Shown here: positions 55,415 to 64,000 of the stretch, in pieces | Layout: each line of letters begins with the position of its first letter | Numbering within the stretch: position 1 is the stretch's first letter | From: Octopus vulgaris | Taxonomy: Eukaryota | NCBI GenBank assembly: GCA_951406725.2 | Contig: OX597840.1 | Span: forward strand, 18,352,001 to 18,416,000 | Direction of reading: 5' to 3' | DNA: 64,000 nucleotides | The notes under the pieces: model-generated | Told to the model about the DNA's origin: nothing | Databases searched by the model: none | Seen by the model: only the letters and a program-made list of their open reading frames with translations | Translations under genes and position numbers: made by a program

Positions 55415-55846
55415 TACAAACACAAACACACACATTCGCATGTGTGTATACATGTGTCCTTATTCTCTTTGCACACCCTACCAAACACTTCATATATCTT
55501 TTCCTTTCCTTCTCGCACCAATTCCTCTCAGACATTCCCAGAAACTCAATAATTCTCCGCCAATTCCACATTCCTGTGAACTAAAGACATAAAAAGAATA
55601 TCTTTTCTCTTTCCTCACACAGAGAATCCGTCTGAAATGCCAGGCAATTCTTCACCCAGCACCGTATGAACTTAAAGAATTTATGTTTTACCAATAAAAG
55701 ACAATTTATGACAGCGCAGACCACCAGCACTGGTGGCTATGAAATCTGCTTTACTCCCCATGCATGCATACATACATACATACATACATACATACATACA
55801 TACATACATACATACATACATACATACATACATACATACATACATG

Positions 55847-56118
55847 ATGGCTGCCCCCTCGTTATCGAGTATGGCCATTGCACGAAGCTTAACTGTTACT
55901 GGTGCTGTGATCGAATGTGACTTTTTAGCCCAGCTAAAGATCTACAATGTCTTGTACAAAATTGGCAACTAAAACCTTTACTGGTAATAGCCGGCTGTAG
56001 TTGTAACTGGGCTTCATGTACCTTTGCATGTCGTTTAAGTCCTCCTGCCGAATTACACTCTGGTGTGTAACACCACCACCAGTAGCCAAGTTGTCACTCA
56101 TCTGTCTCGCTTTATGAC
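55847..56118 (-). mobile_element. Second, shorter copy of the zinc-finger LINE-like 3' end, flanked on both sides by (CATA)n
   Basis: Near-identical to 38741-39040 with a ~29-bp deletion. Confidence 0.75.
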
Positions 56119-56159
56119 ATACATACATACATACATACATACATACATACATACATACA

Positions 56160-56190
<31 letters not shown>

Positions 56191-56369
56191 TATAATTTCA
56201 GGTCCGTGGCACACTGGAAAGAAAAAACTGCCAGTATGTCACATTAGATAGTTTGAGAAGAACTGCCCTATTGGATCATGTCCGAGATTGACAAGTTATG
56301 CCGGGGTGCCACCAGTTGCCATGGCTTTGGTGTTTTCAGCTCTAATCTACAGTGTCACCTTAGGTAAGA

Positions 56370-56910
56370 GAAGAGGTCCCAATAAAGATTGGTGGATTAC
56401 AGCAGTGTCAGACTTGTGTTGATGAAAGGAAGCAGGCCAAAAGGCGGCGATCTGGCAGAATCGTTAGTACGCCGGGCAAAATGCTTAACAGTATTTCGTC
56501 TGCCGCTGCGTTCTTAGTTCAAATTCCGCCGAGGTCGACTTCGCCTTTCATCCTTTCGGGGTCGATTAAATAAGTACCAGTTACACACTGGGATCGATAT
56601 AATCGACTTAAGTGAAAGCTTTACGATGAAGACTATCAGAGAATTGGTCAGGAAGTGAAGAAAATGTGCAGAGGAGACAAGCAGCTGTGGCTGGAGAAGA
56701 AAGGTATGGAAGCTGCAAATGGAAATAACTCACGAATTCCATGTATAAGATCGTGTTCGAGTTAGCAAGTGGGAAGAGTAATTCCAGTGTACCAACGAAG
56801 GCTGATGATGGTAAAGCGCTAACAACCGAAGACGGACAAGCATCACGCTGGAAAGAGCATTTACGTGAAGCTTTCAGTCAGCCAATTCCAACAACTATCT
56901 TTGAAATGGG
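56370..56910 (+). mobile_element. Decayed RTE-type LINE linker fragment interrupted by SINE E (56441-56611)
   Basis: EVKKMCRGDKQLWLE and DGKALTTEDGQASRWKEHL (RW.EH motif upstream of RT); SINE E head AAGGCGGCGATCTGGCAGAATCGTTAG. Confidence 0.7.
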
Positions 56911-56914
56911 TAGC

Positions 56915-56998
<84 letters not shown>

Positions 56999-57050
56999 CA
57001 TATAGCTATAGATTTATATATACATGCACACACGTATATCAATGCGGATA

Positions 57051-57545
57051 TATTGGGTTGTTCGGAAAGTTGGTGCCGATTTACAATAGCTTACCTTTCG
57101 ACTTATTTCAGAACATGGTTGAGTCTGGTGGGATTGGAAAGGAATTCTGTTCAATGAGCTTCTTCCAAGTAACCAGACAATTAATTCTGAGAAATACTGC
57201 ACGCAACTGGACGAGTTAAAAGCAGCAATTCAAGAGAAACGTCCAGAATTGGCCAACAGGAAAGGTGTTCTTTTCCAAAATGATAATGCAAGACAGCACG
57301 TTTCTTTGGGAACCAGACAAATATTGCTGCAGCTCGGCTGGGATGTGTTACCCCACTCTCCATATTCACCAGATATTGCTCCTTCGGATTTCCACTTGTT
57401 CAGGTCTCTGCAGAATAGTCTTAATGATAAAAATTTCAATTCCTTTGATGACGTAAAAAGATACCTCGATTAATTCTTTGCCAAGTTAAAGGAAAGATGG
57501 AGACACATTGTGCAACAAAATGATTGATATTTGGTTGATTGAAAA
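57051..57545 (+). mobile_element. Internally deleted mariner relic (C-terminal catalytic region)
   Basis: TIR-like TATTGGGTTGTTCGGAAAG; VWWDWKG, FQNDNARQH, HSPYSPDIAPSDFHLFRSLQN. Confidence 0.88.
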
Positions 57546-57589
57546 TGTAATGGCGAGTATTTACATATGTGTGTGTATGTGTGTATCTT

Positions 57590-57958
57590 TTACTTCTTTT
57601 AGTCATTGGACTACGGCCTTGCTGGGGCACCACCTTGAAAGGGTTTAGTCGAACAAATCGAGTCCAGTACGTTGTCTTCTTTTAAACTGATACTTATTCT
57701 GTCGCTCTCTTTTGCCAAACGAGTTACAGGGACGTAAACACACCAACACCGGTTGTTAAGCAGTGGTCTCTCTCGCACGCACACACTCACACACACATCT
57801 GGCTTATTTTCGGTTTCTGTATTCTAAATCCATTCACAAGATTTAGGTCAGCCCGAGTCTATAGTAGAAGACACTTGCCCATGGTACCATGCAGTGGGGC
57901 TGAACTTAAGATCCTTTGGCTGGGAAGCAATCTTCTCAACCATCCAGCCGCACCTCTG
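57590..57958 (-). mobile_element. SINE family A, diverged
   Basis: Reverse complement of family A head, body and tail. Confidence 0.75.
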
Positions 57959-60288
57959 TAGGAGTAGCTATTGCTAAGGGTGATAGTAAGAGTAAAGGTG
58001 ATAGTAAGAGTCTACGTGATAGAGGAACAAAAGGTAATCTTGGAAAACTAAGAGAGAGAGAGAAGGGGAGAAAGGGAGTGAAAGAGAGAAAGAGAGAGGA
58101 AGAGATCCAACAGCAAATGCAGCGATGGTTGGATCAGGCAGGAAGCCACCTTGCCAAAGGCCAAGGGACAAGAGCCGGCCGTGTGGATGGGTTTAGATTG
58201 GGTGATGCAGGGAGTGGAGGGTCGGGAATGGTTGGGGTTCTTGTTTCTTGGATCGGTGGAATTGGATCAGGATTGAGCGTCAAGTGAGGAGTGGGCGGCC
58301 CGGAAGAGTTGTCATGTGTGTTGGCTAAAAGACGTTCTGGTACGACCGTTTCAATTCGGCGTTGATTATTCGACGCAGACTTATTTGACATCCCACGTTT
58401 TAATATTGCTCTTGTTCTCTTGTCTTTGCTCCTCCTCCCCCCTCTCCTCCACTGTTTCCTCACCTCTCTCTGTTTCCTCACCACTGTCCTCCACTTCCTC
58501 TCTCTCTCCTTCTCTTTCCTCCTTTCTCTCCTCCACTATCTCCTCGTCTCTCTCCTTCTAATTCCTCGTCCCCTCCTTCTCCTCCTCCTCCTGTTCTCTA
58601 TTCCTCTCTTCTCCATCTCCTTCTGTTCTCTCTTCCTCTCTCCTCTTCTTCCTTTCTCTCTCCTTCTCTTTCCTCCTCTCTCTCCTCCACTATCCCCTCG
58701 TCTCTCTTCTTCTAACTCCTCCTCCCCTCCTGTTATAGCGGTCTCTATTGCCGAACTGTTAAGTTACGAGGACGTAAATACACCAGCATCGGTTGTCAAG
58801 CGATGTTGGGGAGGGGGGCAAACACAGACACACAACATATACACACACGCACACACACACATATATATATACATATATTTACTTGTTTCCATCTCCTCCT
58901 GTTCACTCTTCATCTCTCCTCCTTCCCACCCCCTTTTGCACCTCTCTGTTTATGTGTAGGAGCATGTTACTATGTTCGTATGTCTCTCTCTTTCTCTTCC
59001 TACATGTATGAATATACTTCTACCGCGCATGTGCGTGTTTTCCTCCAGTGTCAAAACGTACAATCGCCAAAACAGGCTGAATTTCCTGTCCAATCCAGTC
59101 CAGTCCAGTCCAATCCAGTCCAGTCAGCAGCGCCAACTTATCAACGTCCAAACGCCAGTGCCCAATCGCCAGTGCCCAAACGCCAGCACCCAATCGTCTC
59201 ACACCGTTAAGATTGCTGTGTCGGGGAAATCAAGGATCGATCGGTGTTCGCGGATGTAGGAAATGATGAGAGAGAATTATTCAACGAATTTAGATGTTGC
59301 TTTGGGCATCGAGAGGGAAGTGTAGCGAGGTTGGTGGGTGGGTGGGTGGGTGGGTGAGTGGATGGTGGTGTACCGGGAGATCGCTATAACATCCCCTTGC
59401 GGGACGCCTGCAGTGGAGGCTTACAATAGAGTGAACTCCGTTAAAGGTACTCGCGAACCCAAGAAGTGGGTTTTAAAAAAAACCGGTTTTGAAGCCTACT
59501 CACCGTCTCCATTAAAGACAATCTATATTTATCATCACCATCATCATCATCGTCATCGACATCGTCGTCGTCATCATCATCATCATCATCATCATTAGCA
59601 TCATCGTCATCCTCATCGCCATCATCATCATCAACTTTGTATCATAACCAGCATCCCTCGTTTCATTATCAGCAACAGTCGCCTCCCCCCCCCCCCCAAC
59701 ACCAGCACCACCAACACCACCGCTCCCGCTACGACCGTCACCATCATAAGCATCACCACCAAATAATTAATAAACACGTGTCTCGTATCTTTCTTCTTCT
59801 CTTTCTCTCTCTCAGAGTTAGACAAATATTCATATATATATGTATGTGCATATATATATATATATATATGACGGGAAGGTTTACGAAAATAAACAAAAGA
59901 CGAAGGCAGGTGGAGTACAAACAAACAATATATAAATATATTTATATATATATATATATATATTCCGAAAAATTTAGAAATTATAACATATATATGTGTG
60001 TGTGTGTATATACATATATTTTTTTTTTCAAAATGTGACTGCGTGTATCGTTGGCGATTTTTTTCCCTCTGTCTTCCCTTCTCTGGATCTTTTCTTCTCC
60101 TATGTTTCCAACGAAGAGCTCCACTCGAAACGTTAAACCCTCCTTCTTCCCTTCCTTCCTGAGCGTCCAATAATACTATATTTTTTCCAAGTCCTCGCGT
60201 TGTTATGTCTTTTTGTGCTTTCTTGTTTGGATTAACTTTATATGCATATATATATATGTGTGTGTGTGTGTGTGTATGTGTATATAAT

Positions 60289-60678
60289 CTTTTACTCTTT
60301 TACTTGTTTCAGTCATTTGGCTGTGGCCATGCTGGGGCACCGTCTTTAGTCGAGCAAATCGACCCCAGGACTTATTCTTTGTAAGCCTAGTACTTATTCT
60401 ATCGGTCTCTTTTGCTGAACCGCTAAGTTACGGGGACGTAAACACACTAGCATCGGTTGTCAAGCGATGTTGGGGGGAGAAACACAAACACACAAATACA
60501 TACACATATATATATACATATATACGACAGGCTTCTTTCAGTTTCCGTCTACCAAATCCACTCACAAGGCTTTGGTCGGCCCAAGGCTATAGTAGAAGAC
60601 ACTTGCCGAAGGTGCCACGCAGTGGGACTGAACCCGGAACCATGTGTTTGGTAAGCAAGTTACTTACCACACAGCCAC
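60289..60678 (-). mobile_element. SINE family A, near full length
   Basis: Reverse complement of family A. Confidence 0.9.
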
Positions 60679-61075
60679 TTATCTGTGACTATTCATCTAT
60701 CTCTACATTTAGTTGTCCGTATCAATGCATGTGTGTGCGGACGAAGCGAGGGGTGTATGTACTATACTATAGATATTATATTATATATATATATATAAAA
60801 TATATATATATAAATATATACGCGCGCGCGCGTACAACTTATATTGGTATACTATCTCCGTTGTGTATGTATACAAAGGTATCTTTCTCTTTCTCTTTCT
60901 CGTATGCGTGTGTTTGTCTGTGTGCGTGTATGTGTGTGTTATAACACACGAATTTACATAAATGTGTATAGGATACATTTAAAACCATATACACACACAT
61001 ACACACATACATACATACATACATACATACATACATACATACATACATACATACAAACATACATACATACATACA

Positions 61076-61133
<58 letters not shown>

Positions 61134-61189
61134 CACACTGCTAGACAGACACTTGATGTCGAATCTGACACATACACCCAAGTACATTA

Positions 61190-61254
<65 letters not shown>

Positions 61255-62111
61255 TTCACTTGTACACAACACACACACACACAGACGAGACACTAACAAC
61301 TCCCGAAACAAACTCGTCTACCCAACACAAACACACACAAACACACACAGACACACACACAGCCACACACACACAGCCACACACACAGCCACACACACAC
61401 AGCCACACACACAGCCACACACACACAGCCACACACACAGCCACACACACAACCACACACACACAGCCACATAAGCGTATACGCTACGTCACACCGCACC
61501 TTCTCTTTTCCACTCTTTCTTTCTTCCCGTCCCCCTCCTCCACCTCCTCTCTTACTCTTAACTGCCCCGCCTCATTTCACACACGGATACATACATCAGC
61601 GTTAACTCTACACACTGATACAAACACACATACACACACATATCACATCACAAGGAGATACACACACGTATGTATGTGTGTGTGTGTGTGTGTGAGCGTT
61701 AATGCATATATACATACGTGCACGCAATAATAAAAAGCGTTCACGTTTGTGAAATATATATATATATATATAACAAATATATACACATATATATACACAT
61801 ATATATTCATAGATACTCGTTACCACACGTATAGTCGTCGATTAATTAGTTAGTATATACACGCATATACAAACAAATACACATGCACACACTTTCGATA
61901 GACCCCTCCCCCCAGATTTGTAAATAAACAATCCATATACATATACGTATACACACACACACACACACACACATATCCATCTCTTTCTACTCCGCTCTCT
62001 CTATCCATCTCTCTCTCTCTATCCGTCTATCTATCTATCTATTTGTCTATTTGTCTATCTATCTATCTATCTATACATCGCTTCTTTTTGTTATTTTTGT
62101 CTCTCTGCATA

Positions 62112-62142
<31 letters not shown>

Positions 62143-62147
62143 ATGTT

Positions 62148-62202
<55 letters not shown>

Positions 62203-62207
62203 ATGTT

Positions 62208-62247
<40 letters not shown>

Positions 62248-62252
62248 AACAT

Positions 62253-62295
<43 letters not shown>

Positions 62296-62323
62296 AACAT
62301 ATTCATATATATGATATGATATG

Positions 62324-62376
<53 letters not shown>

Positions 62377-63960
62377 AATAAACTGAATATTGAAATCTAC
62401 GTAAGTTCAATGCTAAAAGAAATCACACCCATCCATACACACACGCGCGCACAAACACACTCACAAAACGTACACAAACCCACCTACAAGCACGCACAAC
62501 ACACCCACAAACAGCACACACACACACACGCATATATAGGTTGTTGAATCCACACACACGCAGGCGCAACACGACCTCTTTCTGTTGTAGCACCACACAT
62601 GCGCACACACACAACCACCGACACACATAGGATATATACACACGCGCGCACGTTGCTCTCACACAGACACAAACAGTAAGAGAGAGAGAGATTTCGGAAC
62701 GAAGAACTTCGTGTACATTATTAGCAGCATGGTCGCAAAACGTGACGGATTTTGGATATTACTCTACCTTATTTTATTTCTTTCTGGAATATTTGGACAG
62801 AATATCAGTCCAGGTTTGTTGCATTTAATTATTCTTTTAAATAAATCTTTACTTTCATCGCCCTTCTTTCTTTTTCCCTCTTCGTCTCTGGAACCAAATT
62901 CTTTACTCTACAAAATTTCTCTGATGCTACGTTGCTACATAACCAGTATTGATGTCTCTACTCGGTCGCTTGATTTACTAGAAATAACAGTCAAATCTTC
63001 CTCAAATTACACTTTACTGTCTTCAAAGAGAGGGATAGGTTTTGTTGATGTCACTTTTGTTCCTGTTAAGAAGTGGTGTTTTTTTTAAATACGTGTTATT
63101 CGAAGTCCCATACTTTCATGGGAAAGGAAAAGAGTACAGAAAGGGGGGGGGGGAGTGAACGCAAAAATGTAAAAAAAAAATTAAGTTTTGGGGAAAATAT
63201 TCTTGGAATTAGGATTTCCGTTGTATGAAATACAGGAATATTTTTGTACGAAAGCTTCCCCTTTACTTTTCCTTTCCCATGAGATGAGGGACTTCGAAGG
63301 ACAGCTATGCCAAAATTCCACCAAGGAAGGATGGTCATGGATGGATTACCTTTTTATTATAGACGTTATCGGTCAGAGTCGACCTGTGGCTAAACAACAA
63401 CTTTACGTGTTAACGATGGTGCCTCTATGTGGTTAGTCCATGTGCTAGAAATAGCAGCCGAAATCCTGGCAGAATCGTTAGGATGCTTTGTGGTATTTCA
63501 TTATAGTATTTCGTCAAGTTCTGAGTTCAAATCTCGCCCATGTTAAACATTTTGCTTTTTGGCCATCCCCTCTCTTCCGGGGTTAAAAAAAGAATAAAGT
63601 GCTCGCTAAGTAGTGAGGGTTCGAGTTTAATATGCTTTCGGGGTTCTAAATGGAACCTACAATATTACCCCCGATATTTCCTATAAAAGAATCTTAGATG
63701 AGACTAGAATTTCAGAAGCTTCACAATCTAAGTTCGAATCATATCGAGGTAAACTTTTCTTGCTTATCCTCCCTCTGGGGGTAGTGTATAATACTTTCCC
63801 TTACAGACACAAGTCCCGAAATTTTTGTGGGGTCAATTAAATCGATCTCAGTGCTTAACTGATTCTTATTTTATCGATCTCGAAAGAATGAAAGGCAAAG
63901 TAAAGTCGAAGAATCAAAATGTAAAGTTGGTGAACGCATAACAACAATATACCAGTTTAG

Positions 63961-64000
63961 AAGGGTGGCGAGCTGGCAGAATGGTTAGCACGCCGGGCGG
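63961..64000 (+). mobile_element. Start of a SINE family E copy at the window edge
   Basis: GGTGGCGAGCTGGCAGAATGGTTAGCACGCCGGGC. Confidence 0.7.

Noticed and set aside
59030-59260. Possible plus-strand exon after TTTTCCTCCAG
   Set aside because: Content is CAGTC and CGCCAGTGCCCAA short repeats; no recognisable product.

Overview
Eukaryotic, repeat-saturated, apparently intergenic or intronic DNA. I see no supportable host protein-coding exon; almost all listed ORFs are translations of (TA)n/(CA)n/(CATA)n/trinucleotide microsatellites. The SINE families and microsatellite load look like an octopus/coleoid cephalopod genome (inference from recalled SINE consensus, not verified). Identifiable content: dozens of tRNA-derived SINEs of several families; decayed LINEs (RTE, R4/Dong, CRE-like, possible L1/Tx1); a 5'-truncated but uninterrupted Penelope-like RT+GIY-YIG ORF; three mariner relics; MITEs; a non-autonomous Helitron; and a probable LTR+PBS. 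The main discovery is a set of sequence-diverse, non-coding elements embedded in (TA)n tracts. They carry type-I minimal hammerhead ribozymes with palindromic or near-palindromic stem III: at least six families, including a U3-A8 compensatory core variant. They repeatedly form long fold-back inversions whose junctions sit at or beside the ribozyme. One pair of copies shows the snap-back microhomology that would generate such a hairpin. I infer a Penelope-mobilised, retrozyme-like, TA-microsatellite-targeted system. All folds were done by eye, and no cleavage or expression evidence is available.
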